Made by a program: the position numbers and the translations under genes. Positions 42,643 through 51,698 of a stretch of 64,000 bases of DNA are shown here, piece after piece. The notes under the pieces were generated by a model. The model had not been told where the DNA came from. It saw only the letters and a list, made by a program, of their open reading frames with translations, and ran no database searches. Numbering within the stretch: the first letter of the stretch is position 1; each line of letters starts with the position of its first letter. The stretch comes from Candidatus Latescibacterota bacterium (lineage in GTDB: Bacteria > Latescibacterota > CBDEFO01): assembly GCA_965237525.1 (NCBI GenBank), contig CBDEFO010000004.1, forward strand, positions 480,001-544,000, read 5' to 3'.

Positions 42643-45480
42643 CTAATATGCAACGTGCACTAACCGGATGACAGAAGTATCTTCTACCGAACCTGAATCG
42701 GAATCAACATTAATCCTTATAATATATATACCGAGAGGCACTAAGTCTCCTGACTTATCAACGCCAGCCCAGGTCACTGTATATCTCCCAGAAGGTAGAG
42801 AATCATTGAGCAATTCACGCACTATATTGCCGCTAAGATCGTATATCTGCACCTGAACAGTAGTTGGTGATCCCACACGCAACACCGAAAAGCTTATCGA
42901 CGTCTCATCGTTGATCCCATCACCATTCGGTGTAATTATCTCAGGATCTACCACAATATTGTCTAATATCTTATTTCCTTCAAGGGCTAATACTATTGTC
43001 CTTTCACTGTCTGTAACGCCGTTTGCATCTCCGTCATCCACCCGTTGCCATGAACGCGGTACGGAAGAGCTGCCGATAAAGCCGTCAAAAAATGTGCTGA
43101 ATCCAAATAACTGCGCTTCAAACTTGACCTCCAATAGAACATTACGCGTAGTCGTCTTTATAACATCTGGCAGATGAACCCACAGAGAATCGGACGGATC
43201 GGGCTTATCTTTAGGTAAAACATCAAAACCTTCGCTTTCTTCTGTATAACTTTCATCAGGTTCCCTCAGAAGGCCATTTATGATCATGTCTTCAATGCTT
43301 TCATCCTCCCACTTATTGACCTGCTTGAAGTTCATCCTGACTCCAGGAGGCGCTTCAATAAGGATCTCATCGAACTCCTGGTCGTCGGAATCGAACGTCG
43401 GACGGATGAAATAGGAAAACTCCTGATTGACACCCAGCTCATCCAGACGGGTGGGTTTTATCTCGCCGACGACATTTGCAGCCACAGGATTTAGGAAATT
43501 AAGTGTCAATGAACGCAAAGTGGCCGACTGGAAAGGATCATCCGTCAATAACGTAGCCCTGATCGTAACGAATCTTCTGGGACTCGGAGACGTGATCTTA
43601 TCCCCCGGATGCTCATAGCGCTGGCTCCACCCGCTCCAGTCACTCCCCGGGAGGATGTCAGCAACTATGGGCCCCACCTCAAAGTTCGTGTTTTTATCGA
43701 CCAGCCATTTTCGACAGAGCTTTTGGTCAATGACATCCTCGCCTTTGCTGCAGACGTCTTTCAGGGTGGGTGTGATTGGATCTCTCTTTTTCCAAAATAG
43801 GTCAACCTTCTTTTCATATTGTTCTTTGGGCGATTCGCCCCTTCTATTCGTCGTAAATTCTTTCTTCTTGCCTATGTCAAAGTAGCGGTATTCCGTCTCT
43901 GACGTATCCCCTGTCTTTGTCTGAATGAAAACATCTGTGCCTGGCGGAGTATCTGCATCCCACTCTATGGAAACCAGATTCTTTGAAGTCCCCAGCTCGA
44001 TAAAGGGAGCACCTTCTTCAAAGACAGACTCGATCTGGGTCTCCGCCACGAAGCCCTCTCCGAATAATTGTATCTCCGCTAATCCTGCGGGTGTTCCTCC
44101 GCCGGTTGTAACCGCTGCTAATTGTGCTATGAACGCGGTGGTAAATTTGAAAAATCTTACTTTGGTAAGCTCGAAATTGTGGTTGTGAAATGCATCTTCG
44201 CTGCCTATACCACTCTTCGACGCCACAGTTTTAAAGAGTACACTACCGTCGGCACCCCTGGAGCCGTCCGAAACCTTCAGGAAGTATGCTCCAAATCCAC
44301 TGGGAGGCTGAGTGATTGACATGATCACCCGGGCGTTATCTAAAAAGAAAGCGCCTCCAAGGTCTATAAACAAGTCGCGCTCGACATCCAGAGGCTCATT
44401 CGGCGGTATAGATTCGATTGAAAAACCTTGTTTGCCCAACCAGACATCTGTGAGATCGCCATTGACTATACGCTCTTCATTCCTGTTTTCAAGGCTACTT
44501 AAAGCACCACCACGATCTATTACGCCCAAAGCGACGTTGTCCCCAATTGACCAGACCTCCAACTCAGCCAGCCTCGGAAGCTCCCGACGGTAATGGACTA
44601 CAGGACCTCGTTTGCTCTCATCTAAAGCCTCCCAGAGTTCTTTCCCCGACAGCAACCTTAACCTTCCCGATGCTGCCTTTCTGAAGTACTCTACATCTCC
44701 CCTTCTGTTGGACTCCAGACTCTCAAACGTAGCCTTGGAGACCTGCCTCGCCTTTCCGAAATCGCTACCCGCTATCGCAACTTGCACATATCTGATAGCG
44801 TCGCCGCTAAATTCTTCAATTTTTTCAGCTGAAGCAGCAGGAGATCGTGGCCCGCCCCGGATATGTTTACTCGTCAGAGTCAATTCGACCTCAACGACCC
44901 TCTCATCCTTGAGCTTCTTTTCGGTAACAAAGACTTGTCTGTATCTAAGAATTCTATTGTCCACTAACCCCTGAGACGTGAGGACTTTAAAGAGCAAAAA
45001 TGGATCTCCAAGATCATCCCCGACGAACTTGAGGACAACCTTGGTGGCGGATACAGCCCGTCCCAGATCTATCTGCACCCACCAATCCTCTATGCGATCA
45101 TCCCTGTCCGGCTCCCAGAAGGTGTCCATTCTACCATCCAAAAGGTCGGAGACCTTTGAAGGGTTAGAACCTGCCGCCAAGTCGAGGTTATCTCCTCCAA
45201 ACTCACTTGCGTTCAAGGAAGCGTTGATGCCGGGAACTCTCACGATCCGGCCATCTATCTCTATTTCTGTGCTCTTGTGTATGAACCCAGGTCTTACCCC
45301 CTCATCGGTGACCTGGATCGACTTTGCAGCAGCCTTCCAGCGGGACCAATGCTCTTCCGAATCTATGACGACCCTGTTGCCTTCGATAGAATATCCCAAC
45401 TGCTGAGCCCAGACGACCGAGTCTTTCAAGAGTACCCCCCAAGCTATTGCAAATAATAGACAAACTATTCTCCACTTCAT
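42643..45480 (-). CDS. secreted paralogue with two discoidin-like domains and a FlgD-like CTD (start at MKWRIV)
   Basis: GGAGG RBS; LLDGRMDTFW, IDLG, WSGWS, ITPNGDGIND. Confidence 0.75.
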   Translation of the reverse strand: MKWRIVCLLFAIAWGVLLKDSVVWAQQLGYSIEGNRVVIDSEEHWSRWKAAAKSIQVTDEGVRPGFIHKSTEIEIDGRIVRVPGINASLNASEFGGDNLDLAAGSNPSKVSDLLDGRMDTFWEPDRDDRIEDWWVQIDLGRAVSATKVVLKFVGDDLGDPFLLFKVLTSQGLVDNRILRYRQVFVTEKKLKDERVVEVELTLTSKHIRGGPRSPAASAEKIEEFSGDAIRYVQVAIAGSDFGKARQVSKATFESLESNRRGDVEYFRKAASGRLRLLSGKELWEALDESKRGPVVHYRRELPRLAELEVWSIGDNVALGVIDRGGALSSLENRNEERIVNGDLTDVWLGKQGFSIESIPPNEPLDVERDLFIDLGGAFFLDNARVIMSITQPPSGFGAYFLKVSDGSRGADGSVLFKTVASKSGIGSEDAFHNHNFELTKVRFFKFTTAFIAQLAAVTTGGGTPAGLAEIQLFGEGFVAETQIESVFEEGAPFIELGTSKNLVSIEWDADTPPGTDVFIQTKTGDTSETEYRYFDIGKKKEFTTNRRGESPKEQYEKKVDLFWKKRDPITPTLKDVCSKGEDVIDQKLCRKWLVDKNTNFEVGPIVADILPGSDWSGWSQRYEHPGDKITSPSPRRFVTIRATLLTDDPFQSATLRSLTLNFLNPVAANVVGEIKPTRLDELGVNQEFSYFIRPTFDSDDQEFDEILIEAPPGVRMNFKQVNKWEDESIEDMIINGLLREPDESYTEESEGFDVLPKDKPDPSDSLWVHLPDVIKTTTRNVLLEVKFEAQLFGFSTFFDGFIGSSSVPRSWQRVDDGDANGVTDSERTIVLALEGNKILDNIVVDPEIITPNGDGINDETSISFSVLRVGSPTTVQVQIYDLSGNIVRELLNDSLPSGRYTVTWAGVDKSGDLVPLGIYIIRINVDSDSGSVEDTSVIRLVHVAY

Positions 45481-45508
45481 AACAAAACACCTCCAGCTTG
45501 TAATGCAC

Positions 45509-47614
45509 TTAATAGACAACAGAGACAGTGCCGCTCTCAGTCTCCTCTTGCTCAGCCTCCACCGATAAGCGGTACAGATATATCCCGGGCGGAACGAAAT
45601 TATTGTCGCTGTCTGTCCCATCCCAAACCTGGGCATCTTCTCCTGTATATTCTCCTGCGGGATCAACTCCAGAATACACGTTCTTTATAAGGAGACCGGA
45701 TAGATCGTATATATCTACTGAGACCGGAACAGGAGCGGTCACCTTCAAAAGGTCATAAGATATCTTCAACTCATCGTTGATACCATCCCCATTGGGTGTG
45801 AAGGGGTTTGGTTCAACCTCAACGGAGGAGAACAGCGGTGCGTCCAAAGCCGTAATTACAGAAAGAACATCGCTTTCTATCTCATCTGCCGCATTACCCT
45901 CCTTGATCCTCTGACGGACCTCGTGCGGCAGGTCGCTGTCAAACACCCTGCCGTCAAAAATGGTACCGCGCTCCATCAAAACAGGAGCGTTGAAGACGAT
46001 TTCAATTAGAGATCCACTGTCTTCTATCTCCATCTTCCTCGGCAACTTAACCTCAAAGCCGTCTTCCCTTAGCATCAGGGTAAAATCTTCCCGATTAATG
46101 TTGATGCCATCTATTCTGAGCGAATCGACCGAAGTAACCCCAAAAGGCGTTAAAATCTCCACGCTATCGAATCCTGTATCGCCAACTCTGATCTCCGAAT
46201 TGATAAAATAAGTAAACTGTACCGGCTTTGCTATCTCGACCTCCACTGGGAATATCTCACCTACTACAGTCGAAGCCGCAGGAGTCACAGACGCTTTAAA
46301 TTGTAAATAGTCGATCTTGCCCCCGTCCTGACCAAAAGAGAAAAAATCCACCTTTATCTGAAAGAACTTGCGGGGGCCCGGAGAAAATATGTCTGTTCCC
46401 GGACTTTCAAAAACGTAAGGTTGTGACCAGAAGCTCCAGTTTTGCGTATCGTGAGTAACTCCACCTTGAGTAGTGGGCAACATCTTATCGTATACTTGTT
46501 TGTACTCCTTTGAACTGAGCTCTACTCCTTGCTGATTGGTCGAAGGAAGAACTGCCAACGTTTGCTGCGCCAGTAAGAGTTCCCAGTAGACGTCCGGTTG
46601 GGGATCCTTTCCGCTCCTTGTTCTGATCTCAACGCTGGCTTTGGGATCACGTCTCCCCGACCAGCTGATCTCTCCCAAAGTGGCGCTCTTATCCAACTCA
46701 ATTATGTCAGCTATATAAGAGGCCTCAGGTACAAAGCCCGGTCCGAGGACTTCAATCTCAGCGAGCTCTATCGCCTTTTGCGATGTCTGCCAGATCAACA
46801 ACCCCAGATAAGCGACCCTCTGGCGTGGCTGAAAGGTGAAGCTAACTACAGGAGAAAGATTGTTAACCGGCACATGCCTTACTCTCTCCGGGTGAGTGTA
46901 ATTGGGAAAATTTGGGAAGTCCGGGATGGACTGTGATCCTCGACACAACTGTCCCTTGCGATTCCCTCCGCCCATCCCTCCTGGTCCAGGATCACTGAAA
47001 CCCTCGAAATCCTCCGGGAGGCCTTGGCTGAGACCCAATTCGTACTCCGGCAAAAAGCGCTCCGGATGTTCCTGACGAGGGGAGAATCTTACTTCATTCA
47101 CGAGAAATAGTCCACCTAAGAAAATAACCACCCGCCCACTGGCCCCAGAACATCTTGCGCCCCCTCGGTTTGTCCCCTGAGGCCACACATAAGCCGTGGT
47201 AGGATCCCCATCTAATAGGTTATTCCCCACGTTTCCTTCGATTTGAAATCCCTCACTCGAGCCTGGCGCCTCCAGTCCTTGGGTACCCATCCTCACCCAT
47301 CCTCCTCTGTCCAGAGCCGTTATGGCTATGCTCTCACCCTCAGCCGTAAACTTGGGTTGAATTGAGCCGGCATCCCCCACCTTCAGGGAATCCACGTCGA
47401 GGCTATTCACCGACTCATAATCTTTCCAGCCGATCTCCCTGAAATCGAGCCCTATCTCCAGGAGACTGTCCTTTTCTACAGGTGAAAAGGGGCGTCCGAT
47501 TCTATAGATAATCGCAGAGGAGGCGTCATCTACAAAGATAATCATGCCCATGAACGCAAGCACAATCAATCCTGTCAGCTTACATAAAATACTACCTACT
47601 GTGGATGCCAGCAA
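45509..47614 (-). CDS. secreted paralogue with discoidin-like domain and FlgD-like CTD
   Basis: TTG start with GGAGG; LLDGDPTTAY, WSFWS, PNPFTPNGDGIND. Confidence 0.75.
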   Translation of the reverse strand: MLASTVGSILCKLTGLIVLAFMGMIIFVDDASSAIIYRIGRPFSPVEKDSLLEIGLDFREIGWKDYESVNSLDVDSLKVGDAGSIQPKFTAEGESIAITALDRGGWVRMGTQGLEAPGSSEGFQIEGNVGNNLLDGDPTTAYVWPQGTNRGGARCSGASGRVVIFLGGLFLVNEVRFSPRQEHPERFLPEYELGLSQGLPEDFEGFSDPGPGGMGGGNRKGQLCRGSQSIPDFPNFPNYTHPERVRHVPVNNLSPVVSFTFQPRQRVAYLGLLIWQTSQKAIELAEIEVLGPGFVPEASYIADIIELDKSATLGEISWSGRRDPKASVEIRTRSGKDPQPDVYWELLLAQQTLAVLPSTNQQGVELSSKEYKQVYDKMLPTTQGGVTHDTQNWSFWSQPYVFESPGTDIFSPGPRKFFQIKVDFFSFGQDGGKIDYLQFKASVTPAASTVVGEIFPVEVEIAKPVQFTYFINSEIRVGDTGFDSVEILTPFGVTSVDSLRIDGININREDFTLMLREDGFEVKLPRKMEIEDSGSLIEIVFNAPVLMERGTIFDGRVFDSDLPHEVRQRIKEGNAADEIESDVLSVITALDAPLFSSVEVEPNPFTPNGDGINDELKISYDLLKVTAPVPVSVDIYDLSGLLIKNVYSGVDPAGEYTGEDAQVWDGTDSDNNFVPPGIYLYRLSVEAEQEETESGTVSVVY

Positions 47615-47683
47615 CCTTCACCTCCGTAGGAGCAAATCACTGCAGGCCTTTGCGTCTGGAACAGCGGCCCAAAGACTCTGCTA

Positions 47684-47722
47684 ACAAGAAAGAAGGGGAG
47701 CGGTAACATTCGCCCCCCCTCC
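47684..47722 (-). terminator. intrinsic terminator-like hairpin after the 311-aa gene
   Basis: GGAGGGGGGCG-loop-CGCTCCCCTTC followed by TTTCTTGTT. Confidence 0.65.
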
Positions 47723-47745
47723 AGACATCTGATCGTCATCCTCCT

Positions 47746-48681
47746 CTAGTTTTTGTTGAAGCTGGACTTGATGCGACCCCATGTGTCAGACTCAACTGCA
47801 GTGACAGTCACCCATTGATCCGGATCAAAAGAAAGCATGATGAAGTCGTTGAAGAAGTCAGTATTCTGGTTAAGCGTTGTCGAGCCTCCGTTGCTCGTGT
47901 AGTTACCACCACCCGATGTAACCATGCCACAGCAGCGCTCAAGATTGTCAGCGTCTTGAACTTGAAATCCTATTCCCATGACGGCGTTATTTTCACCATC
48001 TTCCTGTGTAAATTGGTGTACAACGCTCGTCTCTATACCTGCAGGATCCAGATCGTCAAACACCGTCACGCCCATCTCCACAATCAGGGTGCCCGGGTCA
48101 CCCAGGTCGCCATCAAAGCTCCAGCCAAACGCCGCATAAGGAGCCACGTTTACCCACGTAGCGTTTCCCCAATGCCAGACAGGATCCTCTCGGATCACAA
48201 AATAGCGATAATTCTGTGCGTGAGATCCGTTCCACCTGTCTCCATCCAGGTCCACTGTTTGCATGCGCATGTACTGTCCCCCGCTGTGGTCGGCATCGAT
48301 GCCAAGCTCAACCGACTCCTGAGGGGAATCTTTTGCCCAACCGACATAGACATCGTCAAATCTATCCTCAAACCAGTAAACCTTGTTGGTTATCGGACTC
48401 CACCCTATGATTATCCTCTCGGCGAGGTCAGCGGCGTTCACACCCTGCTCATTCTGGTTCTCTACCAAGTCTTCGTGAGTTATCCAGAACGCCGGGTCAA
48501 CATTTGCCCACTCGCTGGGGTCACCGTCGTGTACAAGCCTCTGGGTGTTAGGGAGTATCCCCACAGTCCCATCAATGGGCACCTGGACAGCGAAAAAGTC
48601 CTCGCCCAAGTGAGCATAACTAAAGGAAGCCGCCAGAAGGAGGAATCCCAGTCCTAGTACAATCGAAAGTATCTTCTTCAT
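47746..48681 (-). CDS. secreted CBM9/DOMON-like protein with C-terminal TWGRIK motif, copy A
   Basis: signal peptide (SYA|H); DGDPSEW, DLAERIIIGW, VELGIDAD; ends TAVESDTWGRIKSSFNKN. Confidence 0.7.
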   Translation of the reverse strand: MKKILSIVLGLGFLLLAASFSYAHLGEDFFAVQVPIDGTVGILPNTQRLVHDGDPSEWANVDPAFWITHEDLVENQNEQGVNAADLAERIIIGWSPITNKVYWFEDRFDDVYVGWAKDSPQESVELGIDADHSGGQYMRMQTVDLDGDRWNGSHAQNYRYFVIREDPVWHWGNATWVNVAPYAAFGWSFDGDLGDPGTLIVEMGVTVFDDLDPAGIETSVVHQFTQEDGENNAVMGIGFQVQDADNLERCCGMVTSGGGNYTSNGGSTTLNQNTDFFNDFIMLSFDPDQWVTVTAVESDTWGRIKSSFNKN

Positions 48682-48835
48682 TTTGTTAACCCTCTCGTTT
48701 AAGATGATTAACTCCTACTACCAAAACATTACACTACAACTCTTGTCGCTCCTTTCTACTACCTCCCTTTGCGTTTACCATGTTCCAAATCGATGTCTTG
48801 ACACCACCCCCTTTATTTATTATGACTTTCTGAAT

Positions 48836-49090
48836 TAGGTCAAAACAGTTCAAATAGTTTCAATAAAGTGCTCGCCTACTATATAGTATGGCTTGTACGA
48901 CAACCTGTGAAATCATAGTTAGCACCACATACCAAACATCAGGCAACTGAATATACTAATATCTCTTTTGCATGTCAAGGCTTTTTTTGATAGAACTGAA
49001 GAATAAAGGGCAAATGCTATCCATATACCAAAAACCGGACGGTTGAATATACTAATACCTCTTTTTCATGTCAAGGATTTTTTTGATAGG
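48836..49090 (-). promoter_or_regulatory. repeated promoter/leader unit with two TTGACA-17-TATATT cores (48950-48978, 49046-49074)
   Basis: direct sequence match; homologous to 51357-51698. Confidence 0.75.
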
Positions 49091-49101
49091 TTGTATTGTA
49101 C

Positions 49102-49500
49102 TGGCATACCGTTCCCCTTGACAGAGCGACAAAGAATTTGCAAATTGGGGTTTGAGAAGGGAGGTTAAGGTGTCAAGCCCCAAGGTGGAAGATGGTAAGC
49201 GTTGGACATCTGGTCGTAAGGCAGAGGTCGTGTTGGCTCTTTTAAGAGGAGCGGATCTATCTGAGGTGTGTCGGAGGAATGGAATTAGCCAGTCGCAGGC
49301 GTATGCTTGGCGTGATAGTTTCTTAGAAGGGGGCCAGGAGAGTCTGAAGTCTCGGCGTGGTGGCAGGCATCCGAAGGAGCGGGAGGTCAGTCGGTTGGAG
49401 CGCAAGGTAGGGCAGTTAACCCTCCAGTTGGAGATACTCGAGGAGGTAGCCCGTCTAAAAAAAAGGAAGCGGTTGCCTTGAGTGGGCGGTTTTTGGGTCG
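49102..49500 (+). mobile_element. truncated IS3-like element, orfA only (49152-49481)
   Basis: HTH transposase RWTSGRKAEVVL...LERKVGQL; A8G slippery site at 49457-49465; orfB missing. Confidence 0.7.
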
Positions 49501-49895
49501 AGGTTATTCCCCACGTTGCCTGCGATTTCATATCCCTCACGCGAGCCTGGCTTCTCCAGTCCTTGCGTATTCATGGTTACCCATCCTTCTCTGTCCAGAG
49601 CCGTTATGGCTATGCTCTCACCCTCAGCCGTAAACTTGGGTTGAATTGAGCCGGCATCCCCCGCCTTCAGGGAATCCACGTCGAGGGTATTCACCGACTC
49701 ATAATCTTTCCAGCTGATCTCCCTGAAACCGAGCCCTATCTCCAGGAGACTGTCCTTTTCTGCAGGTGAAAAGGGGCGTCCGATTCTATAGATAATCGCA
49801 GAGGATGCGTCATCTACAAACATAATCATGCCCATCAAGGCAAGCAGAATCAATCCTGTCAGCTTACATAAAATACTACCTACTGTTGATGCCAA
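49501..49895 (-). pseudogene. 5' fragment duplicate of the 701-aa gene
   Basis: near-identical to the N-terminus of 45509-47614 up to GNNL, then cut at the IS junction. Confidence 0.85.
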
Positions 49896-49912
49896 CAGCT
49901 TTCACCTCCGTA

Positions 49913-50068
49913 TGGTAAATCCTTGCCGTGCTCTACAATACTTTTGTTCTGATTCAGCAACCCATTTTCAGGATATTTTTTCTTTAGTTCCTGATAATAG
50001 CTACGAATCTATCTTGTGTCAGTTTCAAATTCCTTCATTTTCTCAACGGAGGTAATTTTGTCCCCCAT
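49913..50068 (-). pseudogene. decayed DUF5678-like small gene
   Basis: ETDTR*IRSYYQELKKKYPE / WVA / SIVEHGKDL. Confidence 0.4.
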
Positions 50069-50213
50069 TCGGTGCGTATAGATAATCTTTTCCGTGTTGG
50101 GTTGCCTTTCAAATATTAGATATTTTCGAGGATCCCTAATCATAAATCAACAGGAGAATATCGCAACAGGGATTTACGTCTACGTCCGGAACAGCGGCCC
50201 AAAGATTCTGCTA

Positions 50214-50251
50214 ACAAGAAAGAAGGGGAGCGATAACATTCGCCCCCCTCC
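50214..50251 (-). terminator. terminator-like hairpin after the 305-aa gene
   Basis: homologue of 47684-47722. Confidence 0.65.
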
Positions 50252-50274
50252 AGACATCTGATCGTCATCCTCCT

Positions 50275-51192
50275 CTAGTTTTTGTTGAAGCTGGACTTGA
50301 TGCGGCCCCAGGTGTCAGACTCAACTGCTGTCACTGTCACCCATTGATCCGGATCATAAGAAAGCAGCGTGAAGTCGTTGAAGAAGTCAGTATCCTGGTT
50401 AAGCGTTGTCGAGCCACCGTTGCTCGTGTAGTAGCCACCACCCGTTGCCATCATGCCGCAGCAATCTACAAGATTGTCAGCGTCCATAACAGCAAATCCC
50501 ATTCCAATGACGTAATTGTCGCCATGTTCCGGTAAAAAATCGTGTACAACGCTCGTGCCAATACCTCCTGCAGAATCCAGATCGTCAAACACCGTCACGC
50601 CCATCTCCACAATCAGGTTACCCGAGTTACCCAGTTCGCCGCCATCGAAGCTCCAGCCGATCTCCGCATAAGGAGCCACGTTTACCCACGTAGCGTTTCC
50701 CCAATGCCAGACAGGATCCTCTCGGAAGAAAAAATAGCGATATTGCTGTGCATGTTTTCCGTCGAAAATCGCTGGGTCCAGCTCTGAATGATTCATGTAC
50801 CGTCCGCCGCTGTGGTCAGCATCGGTGCCCCACTCAACGCCCTCCTGAGGGAAATCTGATACCCCATTGACAAAGACATCGTCAAATCTATCCTCAAACC
50901 AGTAAATCTTGTCGGTCTCAGGACTCCATCCTATGATTATCCTCTCGGCGAGGTCAGCGGCGTTCACGCCCTGCTCATTCATGTTCTCTACCAGGTCCTC
51001 GTGCGTTATCCAGAACGCCGGGTCAACATTTGCCCACTCGGCTGGGTCACCGTCGTGCACAATATTCATTCTGTCCATCGTGCTGATCGGCAACTGTACA
51101 GCGAAAAAGTCCTCGCCCAAGTGAGCATAACTCATAGAAGCGGCGAACATGACAATTCCCAGCGCTACGCATATAACAATTGTCTTCTTCAT
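50275..51192 (-). CDS. secreted CBM9/DOMON-like protein with TWGRIK motif, copy B
   Basis: paralogue of 47746-48681 with an identical C-terminus. Confidence 0.7.
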   Translation of the reverse strand: MKKTIVICVALGIVMFAASMSYAHLGEDFFAVQLPISTMDRMNIVHDGDPAEWANVDPAFWITHEDLVENMNEQGVNAADLAERIIIGWSPETDKIYWFEDRFDDVFVNGVSDFPQEGVEWGTDADHSGGRYMNHSELDPAIFDGKHAQQYRYFFFREDPVWHWGNATWVNVAPYAEIGWSFDGGELGNSGNLIVEMGVTVFDDLDSAGGIGTSVVHDFLPEHGDNYVIGMGFAVMDADNLVDCCGMMATGGGYYTSNGGSTTLNQDTDFFNDFTLLSYDPDQWVTVTAVESDTWGRIKSSFNKN

Positions 51193-51356
51193 TGTGACAA
51201 ATCCTTTCGTTGAAGATTAGATACTACTGTGACTAAACATTTCACTCCCACATTCTTAGACGCTTCTTTCTACCACCTCCTTTCGCGCGTTTCATATTGA
51301 GGCTGTCTTAGCACCACCACCTTTATTTATAATGACTTATTTATTTTGACTTGCTC

Positions 51357-51698
51357 ATAGGTCAAAACGGTTCAAAATAGTTTCAATAAGTGCTCGCCTA
51401 CTATATAACATAGTTTGTACGACAACCTGCGAAATCATAGTGAGCGCCACATACCCAAAATCAGACGCCTTAATATATTCATATCTCTTTTGCATGTCAA
51501 GGAATTTCTTTGATAGAACACCTGATAGGTCAAAACAGTTCAAAATAGTTTCAATAAGTGCTCGTCCCTACTATATAGTATAGCTTGTAAGACAACCTGT
51601 GAAATCATAGTCAACGCCAGATACCAAACACGAGAGGCTTGATTATAATAATATCTCTTTTGCATGTCAAGGATTTTTTGTAGATTTTTTGATAGAAC
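51357..51698 (-). promoter_or_regulatory. tandem ~160-180 bp promoter/leader repeats; cores at 51472-51500 and 51642-51670
   Basis: 51642-51670 is an exact TTGACA-17-TATAAT. Confidence 0.8.

Noticed and set aside
47815..48657. 280-aa plus-strand ORF and similar antisense ORFs (58015-58722, 23598-24200, 18098-18775)
   Set aside because: Shadow frames of well-supported genes with no recognisable motifs.
48836..51698. CRISPR array
   Set aside because: The units are ~160 bp promoter-containing duplicates without unique spacers, and no cas genes are present.
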